64,000 nucleotides of DNA from Eledone cirrhosa. Taxonomy: Eukaryota. Positions within the stretch are counted from its first letter, which is position 1; each line of letters opens with the position of its first letter. Positions 39,542-52,465 of the stretch are shown in pieces. The stretch is from the NCBI GenBank assembly GCA_964016885.1, contig OZ024743.1, forward strand, positions 319,486,001-319,550,000. Direction: 5' to 3'. The position numbers were made by a program, and so were the translations under genes. A model generated the notes under the pieces. The model made no database searches and was not told the DNA's origin. It saw only the letters and a program-made list of their open reading frames with translations.

Positions 39542-40244
39542 AGGGTGTTAAAGTTTGCTTGAAGCATTGTGAAATGTGTAAAAATACGTATTTAAGAAAG
39601 CCACAACAATGCAAAGGGAAATCTCGAGGTAGGAAGGGAAATATAGATAGGAAAAACAGGTGAAAGTGAAAGTTGAGAGAGACAATGATGAAAACAAAAC
39701 AAAGGTAGAAGGGTTACCGTAGTAGAGATTTAATCCCAATATTTCGGGCTCACGCCCATCAACGGGGGAAAAGTTCCAAAAGGGGGGGAACAGGCCAAGC
39801 GGAGAAAGCTGTGATGTCGTTAAGACAGGAATGCCGTTATGGGGAGAAAAAAATATTTAAAATTTAAACGAGGGAAAGAATGCGCGTGCGCGTGATAGGC
39901 TGTGGCAAAAGCTACTGACCAAATGGGTTAAATCAAGAGGGTGCGTTAGCGTGTGAAAGCCGTAAGATATGTGTATGTAGATATATATGTGTGCGTAACT
40001 GTGTGTGTATAAGTGTAAGTGTGTATATGTGTGAGTGTGTGTGTGTGTGAAAGATAGTGGGCTGTAGAAGTTGGAAGTCAAAGGGTGTGAAAGGTGGTAG
40101 GTTGTAAAATATGTGTGCGTGTATAAATATAGATGTGTGTGTGTAAGCGTATGGGTATACATGTGTGTGTGTATGCGTATGGGTATGCATATACGTGCGT
40201 GTGTGTGAAGATAGCAGGCCGTAGGCTGTAAATGGTCATTATGG

Positions 40245-41360
40245 TTAAGTTAGCCATGTCAGCTCATTTCTCTCAGCCCGGTTGTTAAGTGGGGGTCTGA
40301 GGTTCTTAATAACAAGTGCTTCCTTTATCCTTAAGGATCCGATGCTGCGTTCAGTCGCTAGGACTGTGACCAAGGGTCTATCCTGTGGGTTTCCGCATTT
40401 AAGGATATGTTTACGGAAGGAAGATGCGTTGGTGTTGATATGTTCCTTGATACGAACATGTAGGGGTCGGATGGTGCTACCTATGTAAAACTTGTTACAT
40501 TTATCGCATTGAATTTTATATACGACATAGGTGCGTAGGCAATCTGCCCCCCGTATCGGGCAGTTGCTGAGGGAACACGTCCCATCTGCCTCGTAGGGTT
40601 TGTTGGAGAGGCATCTTCGCAGCGAAGGTCCTGTGTGGGCCAAATGTATGTCAAGTCCCTCCGTCCGTATGGCCCTGCGGATGGCGTTCGTGGTATATTC
40701 ACTCAGGTGGGGGATTTTAAAGGAGCACCTGCTAATATTAAGTTTTCTAGTGGGTGCCAGTCTACTGGGTCTGGGGTCTCTAATTCCGTTAATCAGTCGC
40801 TTGGGATAACCATTAGATCTGAGTAGATTACGGAATTGCGTGGTATGGGTGAGACCACCCATCGGGTCGCTGCATCTGTTAGTGATCCGTGTCAGTTCAT
40901 TTAGGACATAGCCTCTCTTAGCGTTGTTGGGGAGGGCTGAGTTATAATGCACAAATAAGTCCTTACACGCTGCTTTGCGGTAGAAGGTGGTGTTTATGTC
41001 TCCTTCTTCCGAGATGTTGATACGGAAGTCGAGGAGGGCGAGTGACCCGTCTTCTCCTGGGTGTTCAATGGTGAAATCGATGTGCTGGTCAGTATCGTTG
41101 AAGATTTGGTGAATTTCATTCGCCATCTCACGGGAAGAAGTAAGTATCAGGATATCATCAACGTATCTGGAGTAGAAGGCGGCGGCGTTGGGTTGGCAGG
41201 TATTGAGTGCCTTGCGTTCCAGGTGGTCCATGTACGAGATCGCAAGTATGCCGGACAGACTAGAGCCCATAGGTAGCCCAGAGATTTGTTTGTACGTGTG
41301 GCCGAGGAAATTGAAGAGTGCATTATCCACAACGAAGGAGAGGAGTTGGTGGATGTCTCT
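40245..41360 (-). CDS. Penelope-like RT (C-terminal half) plus GIY-YIG endonuclease, 5'-truncated, open frame
   Basis: YKQISGLPMGS, YSRYVDD (RT), FYRK, Cys linker CSLSNCPIRGADC, and VVYKIQCDKCNKFYIGST..RIKEH..EALVI..LN (GIY-YIG). Confidence 0.93.
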   Translation of the reverse strand, partial: RDIHQLLSFVVDNALFNFLGHTYKQISGLPMGSSLSGILAISYMDHLERKALNTCQPNAAAFYSRYVDDILILTSSREMANEIHQIFNDTDQHIDFTIEHPGEDGSLALLDFRINISEEGDINTTFYRKAACKDLFVHYNSALPNNAKRGYVLNELTRITNRCSDPMGGLTHTTQFRNLLRSNGYPKRLINGIRDPRPSRLAPTRKLNISRCSFKIPHLSEYTTNAIRRAIRTEGLDIHLAHTGPSLRRCLSNKPYEADGTCSLSNCPIRGADCLRTYVVYKIQCDKCNKFYIGSTIRPLHVRIKEHINTNASSFRKHILKCGNPQDRPLVTVLATERSIGSLRIKEALVIKNLRPPLNNRAERNELTWLT

Positions 41361-41963
41361 CCAACAAACCCTACGAGGCAGATGGAACGTGTTCCCTCAG
41401 CAACTGCCCGATACGGGGGGCAGATTGCCTACGCACCTATGTCGTATATAAAATTCTGAGAGAAATGAGCTGACATGGCTAACTTAACCATAATGACCAT
41501 TTACAGCCTACGGCCTGCTATCTTCACACACACGCACGTATATGCATACCCATACGCATACACACACACATGTATACCCATACGCTTACACACACACATC
41601 TATATTTATACACGCACACATATTTTACAACCTACCACCTTTCACACCCTTTGACTTCCAACTTCTACAGCCCACTATCTTTCACACACACACACACTCA
41701 CACATATACACACTTACACTTATACACACACAGTTACGCTCACATATATATCTACATACACATATCTTACGGCTTTCACACGCTAACGCACCCTCTTGAT
41801 TTAACCCATTTGGTCAGTAGCTTTTGCCACAGCCTATCACGCGCACGCGCATTCTTTCCCTCGTTTAAATTTTAAATATTTTTTTCTCCCCATAACGGCA
41901 TTCCTGTCTTAACGACATCACAGCTTTCTCCGCTTGGCCTGTTCCCCCCCTTTTGGAACTTTT

Positions 41964-41997
41964 CCCCCGTTGATGGGCGTGAGCCCGAAATATTGGG
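41964..41997 (+). ncRNA. Hammerhead-like motif with shortened core (mirror copy 39735-39768)
   Basis: ccccc-g-TTGAT-gggc(gtga)gccc-GAAA-tatt-ggg in the PLE terminal region. The same architecture occurs at 48230-48264. Confidence 0.55.
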
Positions 41998-42151
41998 ATT
42001 AAATCTCTACTACGGTAACCCTTCTACCTTTGTTTTGTTTTCATCTTTGTCTCTCTCAACTTTCACTTTCACCTGTTTTTCCTATCTATATTTCACTTCC
42101 TACCTCGAGATTTCCCTTTGCATTGTTGTGGCTTTCTTAAATACGTATTTT

Positions 42152-42182
<31 letters not shown>

Positions 42183-42404
42183 GTATGTATGTATATATGT
42201 ATATATATAAGCACCCAGCACTCACTGTAAATGAGGTTTGTGTAAGGAGGGGCATCCAGCTGTAGAAATCAAGCCTAAATCAGTTCCTGTATGAGTAAGG
42301 CATGGTCAGCCGACCAGACACTGCCCACAACAGGACAACCCGTCTAACCCATGCTAGCATGGAAGAACGGACGTAAAACGGTGATGATGATATATATATA
42401 TATG

Positions 42405-42443
<39 letters not shown>

Positions 42444-43882
42444 ATATGTGTATATATGTTTATATATATATGTGTATATATATATATATATGTATATATG
42501 TTTACATATGTATGTATATATATATGTATATATATATGTATGTATATTATGTATATATATGTATGTATGTATATTATGTATATATATATATGTATGTGTA
42601 TGTATATGTATGTGTATGTATATATATATGTATGTGTGTATGTATATATATATGTATGTGTATGTATATATGTATGTGTGTATGTATATATGTATGCGTG
42701 TATGTATATATATATATGTATGTGTGTATGTATATATATATATGTATGTATATATATATATGTATGTGTGTATGTATATATGTATGTGTGTATGTATATA
42801 TATATGTATGTGTGTATGTATATATATATATATGTGTATGTATATATATATATATATATGTGTGTATGTATATATATATATGTATGTGTGTATGTATATA
42901 TATATATATGTATGTGTGTATATATATCATCCCGGGAGAAATGACCCCTTAGCCTTTGTCAAGGCAGAATTCTAGGAGAAGGAAAACTCTGATATAACAC
43001 CTGCAACCCTGATGGTATCCAATGATGTTGGCTTGTTCTTCTTTTTGGTAAATATCATCTTGGTTATGAGAGTGGGACTGGCTTTGTGCAGTGCCTTTGC
43101 TCACTATAAAAGCTTCACGGCACAGGCATTGCTTTATATCTGGAGATCTCTCTGCACTTGTCATCACATGGTACCATGGGCCCAGCACTATGTGTCAATA
43201 ATTGTCACAGGTGTAGTGTTTGTACCAGAGTTTTCAAGTCGCTGGCTGGACTAAAAAGTCACACTTGTTCAGCGCATCAGTAGGGGTTCTCCTACATGGA
43301 TATAAAGTAGTGGCCGTACTCGAAAACGAGTTGGCAGCCACCATGTATGTATGTATGTATGTATGTATGCATGTATGTATGTATGTATGTATGTATGCAT
43401 GTATGTATGTATGCCTGGGAGTGAAGGACCCCTAGCCTTTGTCAGGGCATTCTTCTAGGAGAAGGAAACTGGAAACTGGGATAACTCCGACATAAAACCT
43501 GCGGCTATAGTTACTGTTGTTCAGAGAGTGTGATTGGCTCAGTGCACAGTCTTTCCTCATTTTAAAAGAAATCTTCACGCACAGGCATTGAACGATAGAA
43601 TTAATTAATAATTATTAATAATGGTATATGGTGCAATGGCCATACTCGATAACGAGGGGGCAGCCATCATGTATATATGTATGTATGTATATGCATACAT
43701 GCATGCATGTTTGTATGTATGAGAATATGTATATGTATGTTTGTATGTATATATGTACGTTTGTTAAGTTTATATGTACACACACACACACACATATATA
43801 TGTATATATATGTACACATCTATGTATGTATGTATGTATGTATGTATGTATGTATGTATGTATAATGAATGTTTCAACTTAC

Positions 43883-43967
43883 GTAGCTTCAATAACAACT
43901 CCGACTCCTCTAGGTTTAACAGCTTCAGTTATAGCCACAGCTATCTGTTTTGTTAGACGCTCTTGTA
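43883..43967 (-). CDS. GCH1: GTP cyclohydrolase I, penultimate coding exon (85 bp)
   Basis: Minus strand ttttcaattttag|tacaagagcgt...gaagctac|gtaagt encodes (V)[28 protein letters not shown], the conserved GCH1 segment preceding HMCM. Canonical AG/GT sites and it splices in frame to 29883. Confidence 0.95.
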
Positions 43968-44514
43968 CTAAAATTGAAAAAATAAAAACAGAAGGAAAGT
44001 TGATCATGAACATTAAACAACTGTTGAATAACTTTATATTTAGGAACTAGAACACATTAAAAAGACAAACCAAATTTTGCTTCAAGAATTATAGACCGAT
44101 TTTACTGGGGGAAGAAAATGAAAAGGAGAAAAAGAAAGAATGTTCAAGTAACGAAGGAAAGGCAGAGGGGTAGGGACAGTTACTACATCCCAGGCTGAGT
44201 GGTGGTACAGCCACGCCCAGTGGACAAAACAGCAAAATCTTTACAACGGAGAACGACCAGAGACACCCGCTGCAACACCCACACCACCTCATGGGGCCTG
44301 TGAAAATTTATTTCATATGTGAGGATATCAACACCATTCTCCATTTCCTTTCTGTCGAAAAAGAGGTCCTGACCTTCAAATGTAAAATATGAGATAAAAC
44401 TGTAAAATGTGTTTTTGTTCTTCTTATCCTACTCAAGTTTTCATTCTTGAGTTGCTAATTTCCATTGTACCGGGTTTTCTCAAAACAATTGCAACAATCA
44501 TAACCACACACACA

Positions 44515-44555
<41 letters not shown>

Positions 44556-44635
44556 ACACACACACACACACACGCGCGTGCGCGTGTGTGTGATTATGTG
44601 TATGTGTGTATACATGTATATATATATATATATAT

Positions 44636-46250
44636 TTATTAAAATAACAGATTAAAGTTTAAGCAAAGAATCGCTGCTTTCACTCTTAACGGGATCTTCT
44701 GAAACTAACAAAGTCAATCTGTAAACGCAGAACTGGATATTTCAAAAAACGTTGCAACCGGAGGAAGACAGGAAGACGATACTTTGGTTCGTGGAAACGT
44801 TCGCTGGCTAAGAACGGGAAAAAACGAATATAATACGTCATTAATAGGAACGGTGAAAAGCAATTACGCGCAAAGACAGAACCACGTTTATGGTATAACA
44901 GAGGTCGTAGACTAATGTTCTCTTAGGTGGTGCATAGAGACGTTCTCTGGCAATGAACAAAAAAACGAAGATACTACGTCATATGTGGAGCGTGGAGAAC
45001 AATAGCACGCAAAGACAAAACCACGTAAATGGTATAGCAGAAGTCGTAGACTAAATTCTAACTAGGAGACCGAATGAATCTCCGCTACAGAGTTAAGAAC
45101 AAAGTAAATAAATACAATACAGAAGTAATAGAAATAAATAAATACAAACACGCAAACAAATACGTACATACACAAGCATACGCAAAAACTTACCATAGGT
45201 AAACAAAACCACGCACATATAAATATGCGTGTGTAAGCGTGTCTACAAATAAATAAATAATTATATAAACGTATATAAATAAATAAATACGTATATAACA
45301 AGCGCACACACATACCTACATGTAAATACACGAATGTTCGGAGACGTAAGTCAACCAAAACATGAAGTACACATATACACACGCCCTATATACGTACGAA
45401 CCTGCATACTCACACAGACGCAAAACTCCCGTATACACATAGCCAAACCATATGTACCAGAAATATAAAAAAATGTATACGCCATAACAATCAAATATAC
45501 GTACGCGAAGGTATACGTAACTTCACAAAACATACGGATAATATATACTTACCTATGCAAATAATAAAGGTATAAACAAACATATACTTAGCTCCCACAT
45601 CGAGACGTAAAATATCCACGTATAGATCGAACTATCCGTTAGGGTATAACGTGGGGCTGTAATACAGGAAAGTTTTGTGCAATTTATGTTTACAAGCCGA
45701 AATTGCCTCAGATTTTTGGTTTAAGATGTGGTCTGTGGCGTAGAGTATTTCCAGGGCCTCAGCGGCGCAGAGGTCACATGGTCTTTTTTTTCCGTTATAC
45801 GATCTAGCCCTAGCTAGGATCTCCCAGTGTAACTTATATTGGGTGTGGTTGTCTTTTAGACTCCAGATATAAGCTGAAAGTGACGTCATATTCCTTCTTA
45901 GAGGGTAACGAAAAGAATGGGTATGCATGTAAAGACACTGCTTGAATCTATTGGCGGTTAACCATATGTAGGCCCTACGGGACGTGGGTGTTACAACCTT
46001 ACATTTGTAGACAATGTTACTAGAGAGGCAATTCCCGGATAGGGGGCAATCAACCCGATTCCTACAATTACAGTTAGTACTAACTACAGGGTTGCACGTG
46101 TTCCTACGGCTAGGTAGTTTAGCTAAATTTGAAGCTGTGATGTTATGTGCAAGGTTAGGAGTCGTAGAGTAAGAAATTTTAATAGTATTTCTATTAAAAA
46201 TTTATGTGTAGGGGGAAAATGCTTCGTAATAAGGGAAAGAAATTTATTAT
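44636..46250 (-). mobile_element. Penelope-like element 3' fragment (GIY-YIG region plus long 3' UTR)
   Basis: Minus translation FNRNTIKISYS..CNCRNRVDCPLSGNCLSSNIVYKC..SLSAYIWSLKD..CDLCAAEALEIL..LNQKSE. Both ends lie in (TA)n. The 3' UTR has a ~145-bp tandem duplication (44795-45054), and its terminus recurs at 53461-53535. Confidence 0.88.
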
Positions 46251-46294
<44 letters not shown>

Positions 46295-46401
46295 CTTCAC
46301 GTTGATTTCTGATGATTTCTCCCGAATGAAATAGTTCTAGTCCTGTTGAAGCCATTTCTATATTATATGTTTGACTTCCAACACATTAGATACCCCTTCT
46401 A

Positions 46402-46473
<72 letters not shown>

Positions 46474-46507
46474 AGGGAAAAACCACAGACCCTCCATATC
46501 AACTCTA

Positions 46508-46543
46508 CTTTTGAAAAGCAGAAGAACTGCGAAACCGGTAAAG
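46508..46543 (+). ncRNA. Minimal hammerhead ribozyme, U3-A8 variant
   Basis: ctt-TTGAAAA-gcag(aagaa)ctgc-GAAA-ccgg-TA-aag, with palindromic stem III ACCGGT. Confidence 0.7.
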
Positions 46544-46617
46544 GAACCAAATAAATATATATACTTTCACTCGTGTCGGACACCTCGGTTATTTTTCATT
46601 TTGTAAAAAAACCTCAC

Positions 46618-46688
<71 letters not shown>

Positions 46689-46762
46689 CACTAACCAGTG
46701 AATTTCCAACCGATAAGGAATGATTTTCATGGGTATGTCTCTATTTATAAAACAAACTTTGT

Positions 46763-46823
46763 ATTTTATCTGATGAAAGCGTATCAATGTGTCTTGGTTC
46801 CCTTGAAATATATATAATAAAAT
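46763..46823 (+). ncRNA. Minimal hammerhead ribozyme
   Basis: attttat-CTGATGA-aagcgtatcaa..ttggttccctt-GAAA-tatata-TA-ataaaat: 7-bp stem I and an imperfect stem II. Confidence 0.7.
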
Positions 46824-46869
46824 AAATATGGTTTTATAAATGTAGTTTCCATTTATTTAATATCATTGA

Positions 46870-46904
<35 letters not shown>

Positions 46905-47750
46905 GTTACAACAGTAACATTCACATGTACTTAAGTTTCGATGGGTTGTTTGCTTAACTCATTCAGATTGCCATAAACAAGAAATAAGGCTTGCCACTTT
47001 AGAGATTTTAGAAAGTATAGGAAAGATCAGAGTGTAAATAATCCCGAATTTATCGATAAATAGACAAGGGCCTTAAATAATGTAAGAAATAAAAAGGGTG
47101 ATGGGGTTGGGGGTTACCCATAAAAAGAAAAGCCCAGACAACTTGTGTTTCGCAGGGAGCCAAGAATTTAAATTCAATTGATCTAGGCTCGACCATTTTT
47201 TAGGACAAATTTTTGATTGAAGCAGTCGAGGCGCATATTTAAGCAGCGTTTCCCCGAAGCCAGCTGTGAGAGCATATTCCACTTCTCCGAGTTACATAAT
47301 TGGAAAAATTTCGCCCATTGACGTAGGCGGTGGATCTTTCTAGTATCCTTCATTTAATGCATAACGCTATGCCGTTATCTTTGAAGTTCCACATATGGTT
47401 TGCGAGCGGAGTGGTATGTTTTTTGTCAGGATGTCTGAAAGTTGTTTCGTTAATTAGAAACGGTTTTTGAACCGGCTCTCCAACATTCCTACATAAATCT
47501 GGCTTCAGTTAGCTAGTTCTGATAGGTGAAGATCACCGCTGGGGTATTGCACTGTTGATCCAGGGGGTATGCTTCCGGTTTTCTGCATGAGAATCCGTAA
47601 GGTGGAAGGCTTATGCGTATGTTGGTGATGCAGGATTTCATGCTTCTGGTGAAGGTATGCAAAGCGGGGAGTCTTGTAATCTAAGTCACTTCACGGTACG
47701 AAAACCGGGATAAGCACCGGCCTGATGAACCTCCGGGCTCGAGAGAGATT
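46905..47750 (-). mobile_element. Decayed Penelope-like element 3' fragment
   Basis: Broken minus translation SCRKPEAYPLDQQC..IYVGMLESRFKNRF..FRHPDKKHTTPLANHMWNFKD..QLCNSEK. Bounded by (TA)n, with a degenerate hammerhead end (gaaacttaagta) near 46927-46968. Confidence 0.8.
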
Positions 47751-47764
47751 TATATATTTATGAA

Positions 47765-48495
<731 letters not shown>

Positions 48496-48516
48496 ATATA
48501 TATATTTCTTCTTCTT

Positions 48517-48581
<65 letters not shown>

Positions 48582-48582
48582 T

Positions 48583-49565
48583 GTTCTTTGAGTCTCAGTC
48601 ATTGATGTTATTTATCTGGAAAATTTGTTGAAATGAATATCAAGCCGCTACCTGCAGTCCCAGATATTCAGGACGTATCGAAGGGTTCTTGCTGTTCCCA
48701 GCAAGCATGCCTTTTGAAGTGTTTCAAAAAGCGGAGCTGGACTAATCTTCTTTAACCATCCTTGGAAACTCTTTGAGATAGTACCTAGTGTGCCTATGAC
48801 AATCGGGACAACCTTGATTTCATGGCAGTTCCAAATCCTTTTTAACTCCCACTTTAAATCCTGGTATCGGTTAATTTTCTCCATCTCCTTTTCTTGCACT
48901 CTCGTGTCAAATGGGCAGGCTACATCTACAATCAGCCACGATCTTTTTTCCTTGTCCAAAACCACCAGGTCCCGCCTATTGTGTTCTAATTTCTTGTCCG
49001 TCTGTATCCTAAAATCCCATAGCACCTTCACCTGATCGTTTTCTATCACCGACTCTGGCTTATGCTCATACCACTTCTCAGAATGTGGTAAAGTGTGGAT
49101 CACCCTACTTATCACATCATGTCTCCAGCCTTTATAGTGAGTCTGGGCTAGGTGTTTACACTCGGATACAATGTGAGCCACAGTCTCCTCTCTCTCTCTC
49201 CACAGATCCTAGACAGTGAGCTCGACTCCCCCTTGTTAATATGGTGTTTCATCCACTTCGTTCTGAGGGCCTGCTCTTGCGCAGCAATTAGCATTCCTTC
49301 TGTAGCTTTTTTAAGGTCTCCTCTTTTTAACCAGTTCCATGTCTGTGGATCTCTAAATCCCGTTTTCTTAAAAAAGGTACTGTGAAGGGATTTTTCATGA
49401 AGGTTGCTCTTCCTCCTTGTTGTTATTTCCTCTTTGGAAATCCCCTGGTCTATTGTCTTCTCTTTCAGTACAATTTTGAGCATTGGCTCCCTGCTGTAAG
49501 TCACATATTTGTGCAGGTTGTTTTTCTCCATCTGAACACAGTCCTCTATGCTGATAAGACCTCTT
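48583..49565 (-). mobile_element. R4/Dong-like non-LTR retrotransposon (restriction-like endonuclease), 5'-truncated
   Basis: ORFs 49148-49531 (TEGMLIAAQEQAL) and 48648-49181 (RICGE..TVAHIVSEC knuckle, RHD, LWDFRIQTD..HNR.DLVV, DVACP, EKINRYQDL, VPIVIGTLG) are joined by a frameshift in a (GA)n run. The 3' end is followed by (TAA)n, the known Dong target type. Confidence 0.88.
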
Positions 49566-49575
49566 CCATCTTCTT

Positions 49576-49606
<31 letters not shown>

Positions 49607-49806
49607 TTATTATTATTATTATTATTATTGTTGTTGTTATATATATATATATACAGATGCACTCAACTCTTGATGATACTCATTTTCAGCAACGTGAAAT
49701 GGCTTGTTTTGCTCAAGAATACAACGCACAACCCAGTCCAAGAATAGAACCCACGACATTATGGTCCTATACCCAACACTCTTACTACTAGACAACGCAC
49801 CTCCAC

Positions 49807-49878
<72 letters not shown>

Positions 49879-50143
49879 GGAAAAAAGATGAAATCGAAAA
49901 TGCAACTGGAGCCTTTTTAATATTTATATATATATATATATATATATGTATAAGAGACGTAAAATAAGAAAATTATAAAATTAACTTACTTACTAAAATA
50001 TCACTTCCAACTAATTAGTTTCTGGAATGGAGTAAATATATTTTCCGAAGAATAATATTGAGAAGCATTCCGTCGTCAGGAAAGTCTATTCTCATGTAAG
50101 TTTGATGTGTCCTCGCTTTGCCTGGAAACTTACATGAGAATAG

Positions 50144-50226
50144 ACTTTCCTGACGACGGAATGCTTCTCTATATTATTCTTCGGAAAATATATTTACTCC
50201 ATTCCAGAAACTAATTAGTTGGAAGT
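50144..50226 (+). ncRNA. Minimal hammerhead ribozyme (mirror copy on minus strand at about 50003-50085)
   Basis: actttc-CTGACGA-c-ggaatg...cattcc-a-GAAA-ctaattag-TT-ggaagt, with palindrome AACTAATTAGTT. Confidence 0.7.
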
Positions 50227-50416
50227 GATATTTTAGTAAGTAAGTTAATTTTATAATTTTCTTATTTTACGTCTCTTATATTATTGTTCTGCAACCCCAT
50301 GCATTGAACCACACTGTTATTAAGACAAAACCTATATATTTGGTAGCATTGATATGCATCTGTATGTATATATATGTTACTAGATATGAATTCTTTATTA
50401 TATATATATGTATATA

Positions 50417-50455
<39 letters not shown>

Positions 50456-50602
50456 GAATAAGCGAGAATCGGAATATCAGCCCACGAAATCACGATAAAC
50501 AATATCCGACATGTGTGGCAGAGGGCTCAATAATTTGGATAAATTAGAGCTATAACCATCGTTAAATTACCAACACATAGAGATTATGCCTAAAATCACC
50601 CG

Positions 50603-50636
<34 letters not shown>

Positions 50637-51475
50637 GGAGGTGTCTACTTTTGTTTACGTTTAATTGATTTTTACGTGAGATACGTTTAATTATATAACA
50701 TATTAAATAAAGTTACTCGGAATATACGAGAATTTCATTACCCCCCCCCCCCCCCCCCAAAAAAAAAAAAAAAAACAACCAATATTTAGCATCTTAGGGA
50801 AATCACCTATGAATAAATAAATAAATAAATAAATAGTATGCGACGCAAACTAATATTTTTAGACTTAATCGTTGTTGTTACACATTCTGGTGTTCCTTTA
50901 GATGAGATACGTTGACATAGTCTTTAGCAATTGAAAAGAATTTTGGTGACGCAAACTGAAAATAAAAACGAAGTCATGGATTTCGTTGGAGCAATGCTCG
51001 GGGTGGGATGGGGTAGTTAGAGCCCTCGAAGCTCCCGCGGCTCCTATGTATCTGTTATTTACTGAGGCATTAATGTTGGTGGACCTTAAACGAGAGTGAC
51101 ACAGAATATATATATTTCAGCCTTCATAGCTACACCAACAACATCAAAATTATCAAAACAAGCTTCTTTGGGAAGCAAATCCTTTTTTTAAACATAACTT
51201 CTCTTATTTCTAAAAGTACCCACAACCTGACAAACAAAGAAAGGGTAAACGATATACACAGCTAGTTGTGTATGAATACACTCACATGCCTGCACACAAT
51301 TAAAAATGTACACATACACATAGTTACAAATACATGCATACACATAGGTGTGTGTGTATGCATACATATATACATACACACAACACACACATACACACAT
51401 ATATTTATATATATATATACATGTGTATATATATTTATAGAAGAAATTAAAAGATGGTTAAAAAAGTTCCATATA

Positions 51476-51541
51476 TTTAATTATGCGCATTTCGAAAACA
51501 TCATCATCCTGGGACAAACATTGTGTTCTCATCAGATAAAA
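51476..51541 (-). ncRNA. Minimal hammerhead ribozyme (mirror copy 51661-51726 has GAAA>CAAA)
   Basis: Minus strand ttttat-CTGATGA-gaacac...gttttc-GAAA-tgcgca-TA-attaaa, with palindrome ATGCGCAT. Confidence 0.72.
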
Positions 51542-52465
51542 TAAGGTAACATGATATGAGGCCTAAAAACACTTGTCAACAAGAAAGTGTGCAGTCTACA
51601 TATCTTGTAGACACTTTCTTGTTGACAAGTGTTTTTTAGGCATCATATCATGTTACCTTATTTTATCTGATGAGAACACAATTTTTGTCCCAGGATGATG
51701 TTGTTTTCCAAATGCGCGTAATTAAATATATGGAACTTTTTTAACCATCTTTTAATTTCTTCTTTAATATATACTCCAGTTCTACCAACTGCTGAGTGCT
51801 ACTTATCTGATATATGCATAGTTTTATTGTTCTACAATATTACTCACCTTCTACATTATATATATATATATATATATATGTATTTGTATATGTGTGTGTG
51901 CGTATGAGTGTGTATGTATGTGCGTATACATGATTATATATACATATATATTTATATATATATACACACAAACTCACACATAAATACACACACAAACACA
52001 CAGACACACACACACATACATACACCACATACACCACATACACACACACATATATATATATATATATGTTAATTATTTCTGTAGTGAAGGTAAAGGAAAG
52101 AAGAGTGCTCTATGTATAGTACATAATAAATAACACAATATACTATTCCATCACCAAAGGTTTCAAGAAACTGGACGATTCTTACAGAAACACCCTGCCC
52201 GTTCATCAGAATCGTCTAATTTTTAATGGAATAATTATACTGTGTTGTTTATGATGTAATTAAATAATATATATATATATATCCAGGGGGTGTAACTTGG
52301 AGTTACTGCAGGTTCACCCGGGAGAGCACTCGATGTTTAGGTTCACTTCTGTGATGAGGTGTAGAGCTATACAGAGTGTAATATGCTGAAAGGATAACAA
52401 GGACGATTGGTTACTCCTACCAATAAATGCAATGAAGGAGTAACCAATCGTCCTTGTTATCCTTT

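Larger units (their letters stand above)
39539..42153. mobile_element. Young 5'-truncated Penelope-like element with inverted 3'-end copy, inserted in (TA)n
   Basis: Minus-strand body 41362-39539. Segment 41357-41456 is the reverse complement of about 40512-40610, and 41456-42153 is the near-identical reverse complement of 39581-40276. Both outer ends abut (TA)n. Confidence 0.95.

Noticed and set aside
52150-52215. Hammerhead on the minus strand (ctgatga...gaaacc)
   Set aside because: Core words are present but I could not build consistent stems II and III, so it is at most a decayed copy.
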